From Schizosaccharomyces osmophilus (Eukaryota): a stretch of DNA of 64,000 nucleotides. Numbering within the stretch: the stretch's first letter is position 1; every line of letters begins with the position of its first letter. The notes below the pieces were generated by a model. The model did no database searches, was not told where the DNA came from, and was given only the letters and a program-made list of their open reading frames with translations. Position numbers and translations under genes: made by a program. The stretch lies in NCBI RefSeq assembly GCF_027921745.1, contig NC_079238.1, forward strand, positions 1,612,001-1,676,000, in the 5' to 3' direction. This document shows positions 1-11,067 of this stretch, piece by piece.

Positions 1-455
1 ACCCCACTCGTGACTGCCAGTCACCATAGAAACGTACCGATTTATAGAGGAGACGTAAGATAATATTATTATGAATATCGTATAAACGACTAGAATGGTT
101 GGTTGGAATTCTTAAGAAGATGGGGTATGAGCATGAATATATAAGCATATGCGCGTAAAGGTAAAAAGGTATAGGTATGATTATATGAAAGCATACACAT
201 GCTAGTAAAGAAACAAGTCATTTAACTTTGAAGGTTAGAAGAAATCACAATAAAAGATGATTGCAAAGTCTATGAAACATTTCCAGTTTGTACGTTTCTG
301 ATCTGTAGCAAGACCTTCGCTGGGCCGTTTCCTAGTTCAGCTTTTCGTTATTTCATAGAGCAGATTTGGAATTCCACTCCTTGTCTGGTAAAACAGGATT
401 CAAAGACTATTTCTAGAAAAGAAGCCCAAACTTCCACTTCATTTCCCTCTCGCTC

Positions 456-1670
456 ATGAAATTGGTTCTTATTTGTTTACTTTTAAGTATTGCAATTCCA
501 TTCCTCGTTCAGCGCTTCCAGTCTGGTGTGATTCCTTTAAAAAATGTTTTAAGCGTCAAGGGTCTACCCCAAAAAACATCGCTGAATGCTTCTTTTTTGA
601 TATTTGCAGAGTAAGAGACTATTTCAAAGTTCCATTTTTAGGGCTGTTTCACAAACTGCGGAACAATCGCTTATTATTGTTATTTTAGAGATGGAGATTT
701 GCTTGACGTTTTACAGACGATTCGAACTGTAGAAGATCGATGGAATAAGCGATTTCATTATCCTTGGACATTCTTCAGTACAAAAAAAATCTCCTCATTT
801 TTTATGGAAACTACGAGTTCTGTAGCATCCGGAAATTGTGAATACGGTAAGGACATTCAAGAGACATGAAGAAAATTAACAAGGCCTAGTTCAATGGGAC
901 TCAACAGAATACTATGGGACAGGCTTAAAAGATACTATGTACTACTTGGAGCAATCAGAAAAGCTTTCAAGTGAGGGAGTCAAATACAGTAGATCGGGAT
1001 CCTTTCATCGATACCAAGAATGGATTTTGCATTCCCTGTTATACCATCCACAGCTTCGTTTTGAATATGTCTGGCGACTTGAACCTGGTCTTCGCTTCAA
1101 TTGCGAAGAAGAGTCGTATGTGAGATACAATAAGCAGGATTGACTCGTTTTAACGCTGTTTTAGAGATTATTTTGACGAAATGAGAAAACAAAATGCAAC
1201 ACTAGGATTCACCAACCATGTTTGCGAAACTAGGCGTTCAGGAATCCTCGAACTAGAACAAGCCTTGAACAAGTATGAGCAGGAAGGTATGCCGGATCAA
1301 CCTCGCATAGCATGGGAGTATTCCACAGAGGATATATATTGCAAATTCTGGCCGTACGACGAAATAATTGCTTTACGAAAATTTCGAGAGAATTCTTCCT
1401 TTGTTCAGCTGACACAACACTTGCTCAACGAAGGGGGTATTTATTACTATCGATGGAGTATGTATCTCAACTTTCTCTTTTTACTCACGTTTGCAACTTT
1501 TGAAAATAACTAACAATGAAATAGCTGAATCTGATATACTCTCTTTAGTGTTGAAAGTATACAACTCCTCAACTCTCCCTTTGGATACAGCGGGATACAT
1601 GTTTCGACCAGATATAAATCATTGCCCGGATATGGAGAGTGGAAGATGTGCTTGCTATGTAGACGATTAA
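456..1670 (+). CDS. omh6: Alpha-1,2-mannosyltransferase-like protein, GT15/Kre2 family (5 exons: 456-610, 689-846, 884-1115, 1165-1457, 1525-1670)
   Basis: Manual splicing gives an N-terminal hydrophobic anchor MKLVLICLLLSIAIPFLV, then NASFLIFA, VEDRWNKRFHYPWTF, YVWRLEPG, CKFW, GGIYYYRW and a C-terminal CP..RCAC, all GT15-like. All four introns are GT..AG and keep the frame. Symbol from remembered synteny. Confidence 0.8.
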
Positions 1671-1808
1671 TCTCGATAAAGAACGGTGATTTTCTAAAAT
1701 GGCCTCTACTCCTTTATCTTGGATAAACAAGCACATCAAATCGAGGGAACCATGCAACCAATCTATCCTTACCTGTACCAATAAAAAAAAAAAGACAATA
1801 GACGTTCA

Positions 1809-2240
1809 TTAATTTTCATCATTTTGACGAGGCTTCATCGGTCCATCTGTAACTTTGTAATATACCACTGTAGAATCCGAACAAACTATACCCAAATATA
1901 TGTAAGATTCTCTTCCTGACAGGCCGCGTTCGTCCTGCACGAGCAAAAGATTTTGTGTTTTCATAGAATCAAAGATTGCACTAAGCGTTTTAATGGAAAT
2001 AGTTTCATGCAGAAAAATTGGGAAAACATATTGCAGCTTTTTCTGCAACAACCCTGTTTTCGGGATGCCGGAGAGCAGCGGCCGTTCCTTCTCTGAATAC
2101 ATTTGGAGCATGTGAATTTTCAGTTCGTCCCACTGCTGTCCCAGTCGCAAATCGGTCTCTACGGCTTTCGAGGCCCCAAAAAAAGGATGGGTGTCCAGCG
2201 TATGCAATTCTTCAATTGGCTTGAATGTTTCTTTGTTCAT
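1809..2240 (-). CDS. sen15: tRNA-splicing endonuclease subunit Sen15
   Basis: 143-aa ORF ending in IYLGIVCSDSTVVYYKVTDGPMKPRQN, the typical Sen15 C-terminal motif. Confidence 0.9.
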   Translation of the reverse strand: MNKETFKPIEELHTLDTHPFFGASKAVETDLRLGQQWDELKIHMLQMYSEKERPLLSGIPKTGLLQKKLQYVFPIFLHETISIKTLSAIFDSMKTQNLLLVQDERGLSGRESYIYLGIVCSDSTVVYYKVTDGPMKPRQNDEN

Positions 2241-2344
2241 TTTCTTTCCTTCTTCCTTAACAAATATATGATCACTAAAAACCCGCCTATGTTTGTAAGG
2301 TTTACCTTTTCACCGCTAATTAGAAAAAATTTGACTTTTACCAA

Positions 2345-2587
2345 ATGGCTCAGAAACGAGCAAAGCAGCAAAAAAAGCCCAAATCCACTTCACAAGGAGT
2401 TAAAAAACGCTCTAAAGCAAAAAAGGATTCCGCCAAAAGTACCAAAAGCCAACAAAATCTGCTTTTACAAAATCTTGATGACTATACGACGACACAGTCT
2501 GTTTTGAGAATTGCCCACAATTCCAATTCGAACATTGATCAAGTCTCCAATTCAATTGAGACTTTATCTATGAATAAAAAACAATAA
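2345..2587 (+). CDS. Small lysine-rich protein of unknown function (80 aa)
   Basis: ATG in a good context (caaATGG), basic N-terminal half, divergent from sen15 across 104 bp; fills an otherwise empty gap. Confidence 0.6.
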   Translation: MAQKRAKQQKKPKSTSQGVKKRSKAKKDSAKSTKSQQNLLLQNLDDYTTTQSVLRIAHNSNSNIDQVSNSIETLSMNKKQ

Positions 2588-3101
2588 TACAATTACAGCG
2601 TTTTGTTTCTTCATTCAGCTGAGTTTGAGTTTCTTTTTGGTAGCTGGGTTACTTGGGTTATACATGGATGTTAATCTGCATTTTGATTCTCTTGCTAAAA
2701 GTAATAAAATTGTCCTTTTGTAAATAATTCTTTTTCTTTCTATCTTCTACAGACTCGGGAATTTCATTTTACCATGTATCGTCTATTGCTAGTATGATTT
2801 TTTACTCGTAGCCAACTTCCTTCTTTCACCCATCCACTCCAGGACAAAAACACCTTGAGTATAGACATTTTCAAGGTTACGAGGCTGTTAATTGATTTCT
2901 TTCGTTCTTGCGTAGTTATCTTAAGCCGTACATTTCATTGAGGAAAGTACAAAACCAAGTTTTTGTCATTGGACGTGCCTTAAAATTTTGTAACCATTGA
3001 ACATTAGAAAAGGTTTTGCAGGACGATTTGGGTATCTTTTGGTATTTAATTTTTAAATTCAAAGAGTTAGGACATATATTTCTACTTATTCGCTGTGCAT
3101 C

Positions 3102-4764
3102 ATGTCTGCTCAACAGTTAAACTTGGACGAGGTCAAGGCAAAGACAAACAAATACTCTCGTGGTCGAAAACTCAATCCTAAGGTAAAAAAAAAAAACAAG
3201 GTGAATAAGGTTATGTGCTAACTGTGTTTTAGAAAATCAAAGACAAGAAGCTTCGAAGCAATGTACAAAAAATTGAAGAAAGGATTGAAAATGTAGAGAC
3301 AGATCTATCTAAAACAGAGTTATTACGCGTCGATGAACCAGGTTATTTGGAAGCTGAAGGTTTAGAAAAAACTTACAAATTTACACAAAACCAAATTGCT
3401 CCAAATGTTGCTCTCGAAACTGCTACGAAGGTATGACAGAATAGTGATTATCAAGTTCTTTGCTTGTGCTAACAATTTAGTCTTTTTCCTTGGGTTTGGA
3501 TAAATTCGGCAGTTACAATTTCGACTACACAAGAGATGGCCGCATGGTGCTTCTAGGAGGTCGAAAGGGTCATGTTGCTGCTTTTGACTGGAGAAACGGT
3601 AAATTATTAACAGAATTGCACTTACAAGAAACAATTCGTGACGTGAAGTGGTTTCATAATCATCAATACTTTGCCGTTGCTCAAAAAAAATATGTTTATG
3701 TTTACGATAATATGGGTACAGAAATTCACTGCTTAAAGAGACACATAGACGTGAATGCTTTAGACTTCCTTCCATATCACCTTCTTTTAACTAGTATTGG
3801 TAATGCTGGTTATCTAAAATATCAAGATGTCTCAACTGGTCAATTGGTTGCGGAGCATCGTACTGGTATGGGAGCTTGCCACGTTCTTCGTCAGAATCCT
3901 TACAATGCCGTTGAACATGTTGGTCATGCTAACGGGCAAGTTACACTTTGGGCTCCCTCTTCTACTACACCGCTTGTTAAAATGCTCACCCATCGTGGGC
4001 CTGTGCGTGATGTGGCCGTTGATCGGGAAGGCAAATATATGGTAACTGCCGGCGCCGATAGTTTGATGAAAGTATGGGACCTTCGAAATTACAAGGAGGT
4101 TCATTCATATTATACTCCCACACCCGCTCAACGCATGACTTTGAGTGATACAGGTTTACTCACAGTCGGTTGGGGTTCTCATGCTACGGTTTGGAAAGAT
4201 GCTTTACGTACAAAACAAAGTTCTCCTTACATGAATCATATGATTCCTTCTTCATCTGTGGTTGATCTTCATTATTGTCCTTATGAGGATATATTGGGCA
4301 TTGGTCATGACAAGGGATTTGAGAGTGTAATTATTCCTGGATCTGGTGAACCTAATTATGATTCTTATGAGAACGATCCTTTCGCCGCCAAGAAACAGAG
4401 ACAAGAAACAGAAGTTCGTCAACTTCTTGAAAAGCTTCGCCCTGAGATGATTTCTCTGCGCCCTGAATTTATCGGTAATGTGGATAGGGCTGCTCCTTCA
4501 GTTCGAAAGCAAGAGGTTCAAGAAGAAAAGCCTCCAGAGCAAAAATGGCTTCCCAAAAACAAGGCACGAGGTAAAAACTCGGCTTTGCGTCGCTATGTGC
4601 GTAAGCATGCTCGGAACGTAGTGGATCAACGTCGTCTTAACGTCGAAAAATCTCTTGAGAGTGAAAAGAAAATGCGAGAACAGCGCGTTCGTCAAGAGAA
4701 AGGATTGCCTCAAGAAAGGGAAAAATGGGGTTATGCACTATCGCGGTTTTCTCGGGGAAAATAA
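3102..4764 (+). CDS. utp7: U3 snoRNP/SSU processome WD40 protein Utp7 (WDR46/BING4); exons 3102-3182, 3233-3430, 3481-4764
   Basis: [16 protein letters not shown] repeats and BING4-type C-terminus ([29 protein letters not shown]); two in-frame GT..AG introns. Confidence 0.93.
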
Positions 4765-5159
4765 ACACTTGTATAATACTTTTTGGATAATATTTCATCA
4801 GTGATGTGGGGCTAAAATATACAATATAACAAATTTATTTACAGAAAAAAATGAAACGTAGTTTGCATGTAGAAACAACTTCATTTTATATTAAATATAC
4901 ATGATATAATCCAGTTTTTCGAATGCCTGTTGGGATAAAAACAAAAGAAAAAATTGCGCTTAATATAAAGGTCCTTGAATGCGTGAAATGCAATCAGAGC
5001 GAGTCGATAAACGCATTCTTCGCACAGCGCTAATTAATTTCGTCACTACCCATGTGAAAAGAAAAGGCGTTCAAAAAGTAAGAAAACATGAACAGGGAGT
5101 TTAGTAACGGATGTGGCTTCTTCAAGGAGTTTAACATCAATGGAAGGTAAACGCATTTT

Positions 5160-6226
5160 TTAAGTCAAATCATCCTCAGCCTCCTGGATGTTGTTTTTAA
5201 TTAGCAACAAAATATTAGTCTTCCAAGCATCAAGTTTGGACAATTGGTCATAACCAAAAACTTGGCCGGCAAACGTGTCGGCATCAGACGACTCAATGGA
5301 AGTTTGCAAATCCATTAGTAGTTGATGCTCACGAGTAGTAGCAAAGGAAGGATCTATTTGAATAAAATTTTCCAGAGCACCACGTGTAGCGATCTCATCG
5401 CCTTGGGCCATATAACAGAAACCCGCCTTCAACAAATAATCTTTAACACTCCATTTCAAAAGACTGTTTTGGACACTAGCACGAGCAACCTGTTCGAATT
5501 TTTGAATTGCAACGGAATATTCACCTGCTTGACCGGCAAGGTCAGCAACCTTCAAATATGCCTTATTAGCAAGACTGCGAACGTTAGTGTTCAATTTTAC
5601 TGGTAGTATTCTGCAACGACTAAACTTCCAAACGAAATTAAAAGACATAGTCGTTATGCTTATAAAATTGTTGAATTACATACGCTTCAGCTTGATCGCT
5701 CATGTACCATTCACCTGCATCTTCATAAGATGCAAGGGCAGCTTTGGGATTTTGTAGATCCTGTTCGAATAGGGTGCCCAAGTCCATTTTGTAATTGGCA
5801 GCACGGCGGAAATTACCACGTCTCGTGAACAAGTCCACTGCAATTTGTAAAGTACGAGCAGCCTCTGTAGGTTTTTCACGACGATACGACTTGTAGGCCT
5901 CAACATAAGTGTTGGCAGCATCATCCTTCTCATCAGTTTTCAACTGCATTTCGGCAGCTTTCTCAAAAGCGAATCCAGCGGCACTTCCTGTATATTTGCA
6001 TTAGAATTGCTCAACATCGTCTTTATTCCGTACCCTGCTTTTGAAGTCTATAACCGTTCGCAGCATCCAAGAAGAGTTCAGATGCTTCTTCATATTTGTT
6101 TCCACTACCGAAAAGGGCGAAGCCACTAGTACCACTAGCTTTTTTGGCAGCCTATATGTTAACATTCTATACAGTTTCACTCTATATACTTACTTTTTGC
6201 ATCAACTGGTCAGGATCAGCTATCAT
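5160..6226 (-). CDS. sec17: Alpha-SNAP Sec17 (4 exons)
   Basis: Spliced product MIADPDQLMQKAAKKASGTSGFALFG..., then GNFRRAANYKMDLG, LLKWSVKDYLLKAG and the C-terminal EAEDDLT. Confidence 0.93.
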
Positions 6227-6809
6227 TGGAATACTTGGTTGTAGCTACGTTTGATATGCAATGTATTCTTTATGGCATTATGAAGCAAAGGTAAAAAACT
6301 TTGAAGATATTTAAATCAAAACATACATTCTTCACATAAAAGTAAAAGTATCCCAAAAACTCTTTCTAACAAAGTAACTTGTCTGATCTTACATTCAATT
6401 CTGTGTGAGTCAAAATTCTTTTGAGATACATAATGTCTTACAAAGAGAAAACGATATCTCTATAATTAAAATCGAAAGATCTCAATGTCTAATTTGTGAA
6501 ACGTAAGGATCATCTATTATGTTTAGAATTGGTCGATTTGTCTATTGTAAAATATGTTACATTTCAGATCAGGAAAGACCAAACAGATGACGGTCTCCAT
6601 TGATAGAAATTCAAAAATAAAGAAAATACCTCGACTTGATGGTCAAATTCTAAGGACCATAAATTACTGTATGACCAAAGAGAATGCCGAAGAAAAAGAG
6701 AATCGATTTGCAATACCCATTTGCAATTATACTTTTAACCTATAACAAACCATAACAAAAAGAAAACAAGAAAGCTGTTTGTCCAGAAAATGTCTAGTCT
6801 AAAGTCCAT

Positions 6810-8336
6810 TTACTTGGGAACTTTTGTGAATAGAGGCAACACGTTAGCTTTGACCAGCTTGGCGGCCCGAGGAAGCGCTAAATAATAATATTTAAGAGGA
6901 GAGTCTTCTGATCCTTCTGAAAAGTGGTAAGTGTTCGTAAAAACCTTTCCTCCATGATTTCCATAGACCTCTACAACAGATTGGTCCATAAGGATTCCGA
7001 AATCCACCATCATCTTGTCATCAATAAGAATAGCGGGTAAATTGGATATAGAACGCTCAGAATACATAGGATTTTTCCAGCTTGCCTCACTTGAACCACG
7101 ATCGATATAGACAGCACCATCGCTAAAACGATATCCAAGCTCGATGTACTGTTTGTTGCCAAGGACATCAGAAGTTGCTGACCAACGCAAACGCATGAAT
7201 TCTAGTTTTTCTGAATCAGTTGCAGAGACAGGTATGGTAGCACAAAGATAAAATCTAGTGCCACATATTGAGGTAGGAGGAAACTCCGAAACGGTTTCCA
7301 AGGCCAAAGGATAAGGCTCCGAGAGAGGATGCTTTAGAGCTTCTGTGTTATAGGGACGTTGGACTAAAACAAGCTCCTGTGCTTCAGAGTTCACAGGCAT
7401 AGAACGTAGAGAAAGTTCGCGAGGGCAGGACATTATCCCCCGATATTGTTTCGCGGGAACATCACTTGCATAGCTCCAGTTATTAGCCCATCCTATACTA
7501 ATCACTTGGTTATTGGGGACGTTGGAGAATGTCTGAGCTGCATAAAAATCACTACCGTAATCGAAAATACGAGCAATTTTATCGATAGGAGTAAAGGTTA
7601 TGCCATCAAAGTCACCAATAAAATACTGGATCATGCTTCCGCCGTTTATATGGGACCCAGGATTAATGGACACAACCATAATCCAACGATGATCCTCTGT
7701 ATTTTCAATTGGTAGACGGAAAAGATCAGGACATTCGTACTGGATACCTAATAAGCCAGCAGGACCAAATTCGGAAACCTTTTCCCAGTTTTTTAAGTTA
7801 GAAGAGCGGAAAATAGCTATACGCAACTTTTGAGCGAGTGCAACGACCATCACCCAATGCTTTGTTTCTTCGTGCCAAAAAACTTTAGGGTCGCGGAACT
7901 GAGACTCATTTATATTGATAACGGGATTGTTCTCATACTTTATAAATGTGATGCCTCCATCTGGACTATAGGCAATATTTTGAGTTTCAAGGTCATCATA
8001 ATGAGTCGTGTAAATGAGGACGATACGGCCTTCGGTGTTTGTGGGAATTCTTCCATGCGAATCTTTAAATAACCCAGAAGTGTTGTGTTTATCGACAACA
8101 GCACTTCCGCTAAATATAAGACCACCGTCTTCATTGGGGAAAAGAGCCGTTGGGAGATGGTTCCAATTATACAGGTTCCTGCTAATAGCATGGCCCCAAT
8201 GTTGATTTCCTGCTTCCAACGCGGTTGGATTCCACTGGAAGAACAAGTGCCATAACCCATTCGATTGCACGAGACCGTTAGGATCGTTCAAAAATCCCTC
8301 TTTTGGGGTAAAATGAAGCAAAGGACCAGTTGACAT
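6810..8336 (-). CDS. inv2: GH32 beta-fructofuranosidase (invertase) without a signal peptide
   Basis: Catalytic motifs FLNDPNG, FSGSAV, FRDPKV and YECPDL; intronless 508 aa. Symbol from remembered synteny. Confidence 0.88.
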   Translation of the reverse strand: MSTGPLLHFTPKEGFLNDPNGLVQSNGLWHLFFQWNPTALEAGNQHWGHAISRNLYNWNHLPTALFPNEDGGLIFSGSAVVDKHNTSGLFKDSHGRIPTNTEGRIVLIYTTHYDDLETQNIAYSPDGGITFIKYENNPVININESQFRDPKVFWHEETKHWVMVVALAQKLRIAIFRSSNLKNWEKVSEFGPAGLLGIQYECPDLFRLPIENTEDHRWIMVVSINPGSHINGGSMIQYFIGDFDGITFTPIDKIARIFDYGSDFYAAQTFSNVPNNQVISIGWANNWSYASDVPAKQYRGIMSCPRELSLRSMPVNSEAQELVLVQRPYNTEALKHPLSEPYPLALETVSEFPPTSICGTRFYLCATIPVSATDSEKLEFMRLRWSATSDVLGNKQYIELGYRFSDGAVYIDRGSSEASWKNPMYSERSISNLPAILIDDKMMVDFGILMDQSVVEVYGNHGGKVFTNTYHFSEGSEDSPLKYYYLALPRAAKLVKANVLPLFTKVPK

Positions 8337-9312
8337 GTTATTCTTTTTGATATTTGGTCAATTTTTCGTTAAAGCCTTCTCTTTAACTCTTTAAGTTAAT
8401 TTCGCGGATTCTTTACTTTCTCCAAGATATTGCTTGTACGTATGGAATAAGTAGAAAATTTGTCAGACGGATGGAAAGTACACATCTCAAAACACTGTTA
8501 ATAACCTACTTTATGTGTCAAGGCCGACATATTGTATTATAATAATACAAAAGAGTCCTTATTATATAATGTAAACAATGGAAGTTTTTAAGTGTCACGG
8601 GATAGATCTCACTTGTAATGAGAATAAGTATTCAGTGGAAAATATAGTTACAACTGTAAATGAATTGTATACATATTTGGATGCTTTTAGACTTAATAAA
8701 ATATATAGTGTAGCATCCAGGGATCTGGTTCACTAAGTAAGTTTATGGATTGAAAAAGTTGTAGTTGTATAAATTGGGCTCTACTTGATGTCTTCTATAA
8801 GTATTTTCAGAGTCCAGTGACCTGAAATAGCTAAATAGATTGTTTTTACAACTCATACACTCGGCCATTAATAAAACAGCGTAAAAACTCAGCTGTGACA
8901 TTATGTCCTTACATAGATACTTGGAATATTACTTTTACATAAAAATACTTACTTTGAAGATGCGTATATAAGAGTTTTTACTCTTTAGTTTTTGATTTTT
9001 ATAAATAAACATTAACTTATTACTTTACCCTTATTTTTATAAAATTTAGCGCTAGTGTCGTCTGTTTCAACAGTGTATACCAATTTAAAGATAGCAGCTA
9101 CCTATGTGAATTGGATTGCGATATACACCAGCAAAATAGAGGTAATAATAAGTAAAAAGATCAGGTAAAAATGTACGTAAATAAAAAAAGCTATCAAATC
9201 GGGCGATACACAAAATCTAATGTAAAAATAAAAATAGCTTCATCAAGTCAACCTTTTTTCAAGCATAGTTCATACTAATGAAAGTATGGCATCAATCATA
9301 AGTAACAGCTAT

Positions 9313-10395
9313 TTATGCATCAGCCTTGGGTTCAGACTCTCCCTCAGCAGGAACGTTGGAAGAAGCAGGGGCTTCTTGAGCACCTTCGGCATTGCCAGCA
9401 GCAGCTGCATTGTATTCGGCATCAGAAGTCCATAATGTGAGGTTATCACGCAACAATTGCATGATCAAAGTAGAATCCTTATAAGATTCTTCGGAAAGGC
9501 TATCCAACTCAGAGATAGCTTCGTCGAAAGCTTGCTTAGCCAAGTAGCAAGCACGGTCGGGCGAGTTTAAGATTTCGTAGTAGAAAACTGAAAAGTTGAG
9601 AGCAAGGCCTAAACGGATGGGGTGAGTAGGAGCAAGTTCAGCTTGAGCAGACTCGGAAGCAGCCTTGTAACCTTCAAGAGATTGATCGGCAGAGTGTTTA
9701 CGCTTGTCACTAACGGCGAACTCAGCAAGGTAACGGAAGTAGTCACCCTTCATTTTGTAGTAGAAGACCTTTGACTCGGCGGAAGCAGCATTAGGGATAA
9801 GATGCTTCTCGAGAACGTTCAAAATGTCTTGGCAGATGGTGTCAAGCTCTTGCTCAATCTTGTGACGGTATTCCTTGATCAATTCAACTTGGGCAGTGTT
9901 ACCCTTGCTCTCTTCCTTTTGTTCGATAGAAGAGACGATGCGCCAAGACGCCCGACGAGCACCAATAACGTTCTTGTAAGCGACAGAAAGTAAGTTGCGT
10001 TCTTCAACAGTCAATTCTTGGTCAGTGGAGGCAACGCTTTTCATGTTTTCGACCATGCCTATGTTTGGTTAGTTTAAAAAAAGCACAAAATAGATAAAAA
10101 TAAAGCTAATGCTTTCGATAGCCATGACACTCAATTTCTGCTTTTATTACTGAAATTCAATCTTTACAAATATTAATTGTCGTCGTATTTCAGTATTTTT
10201 TTGTTTTTTCTCCTTATAGGACACGTCGCCTATGTTACGACTTTTACGTATCCAACGGCTTGTATAAAATAAAATTGACTCTTCCATAAATTGAGAGCGT
10301 CATGTGCTAGCACGGGAATACATACCTTCATAGCGCTCTGCTTGCTCAGCAAGCTTGGCTAAGTAAACAGCATCTTCACGAGAAGTAGTCGACAT
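9313..10395 (-). CDS. rad24: 14-3-3 protein Rad24 (exons 10395-10326, 10058-9313)
   Basis: [23 protein letters not shown] + [20 protein letters not shown]...[19 protein letters not shown]; 267-nt intron GTATGT..ACTAAC..TAG. Confidence 0.96.
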
Positions 10396-11067
10396 CTTTA
10401 CTAACTAATGAAAAAGTATGCTTAGTTGTGGTTGGCACTGGAAAGGTTTCGGAGTGGGTTGAATAGGGGACTGCTTCATCAGCAAATTTTCGTAACGCTG
10501 CGTAGTGCATAATAGGCTTTTCCTTATAGATATAACAACGGATGTTCCACAACATTCGGTAACAAAGAACGTTATCGAACATTTCCGGCTCCTTAGTACT
10601 TGAATAGTTTGTCTGAAGTATCCTCGTTCCAGAGTGTAATATCGCGGGCATGGTCCCACATAACGCATAGTATCGTAGGGTTAAATAAAGATAAAGCAAT
10701 GTAAACAAAAGAAAGAAATTGCAAAAAAAGAGAAAACGAGTCGTGATGTCAATGAGTTGTCGTAGACTCCCAAATGGGAGAAAACAAACAAGGATCTTGT
10801 TAAACTAAATGTCTCTTCATCAGGACTGAGATAATTCTAGGCTGTCACATCTTATATCGGATCCGGTTAATACAATAGGGAACATTCAGGATGAGTTCAA
10901 GTGTCAAGGAAAGTAGAACGATTTGCGCCAGTAATTTTTGCTATGAACCCTCTAATTGAATGCTTTATATTGCTAGAAGACGTTTGGGAAACTAGTATTT
11001 AATTGTTTAAAGTTTAATAAGTTTTTCTCTCTTTCACGGTTTTATGGTAAAGTCAATTTTTGCGGTT

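Noticed and set aside
25..235. Purine-skewed AT-rich stretch resembling LTR sequence
   Set aside because: No definable TG..CA ends, no target-site duplication and no second copy in the window.
2103..2507. 134-aa ORF spanning sen15 and the small basic ORF
   Set aside because: TTG start, antisense to sen15 and out of frame with the better-supported 2345 ORF.
10376..10708. 110-aa ORF between dmc1 and rad24
   Set aside because: Non-ATG start, overlaps the rad24 start out of frame and has no recognisable motif.
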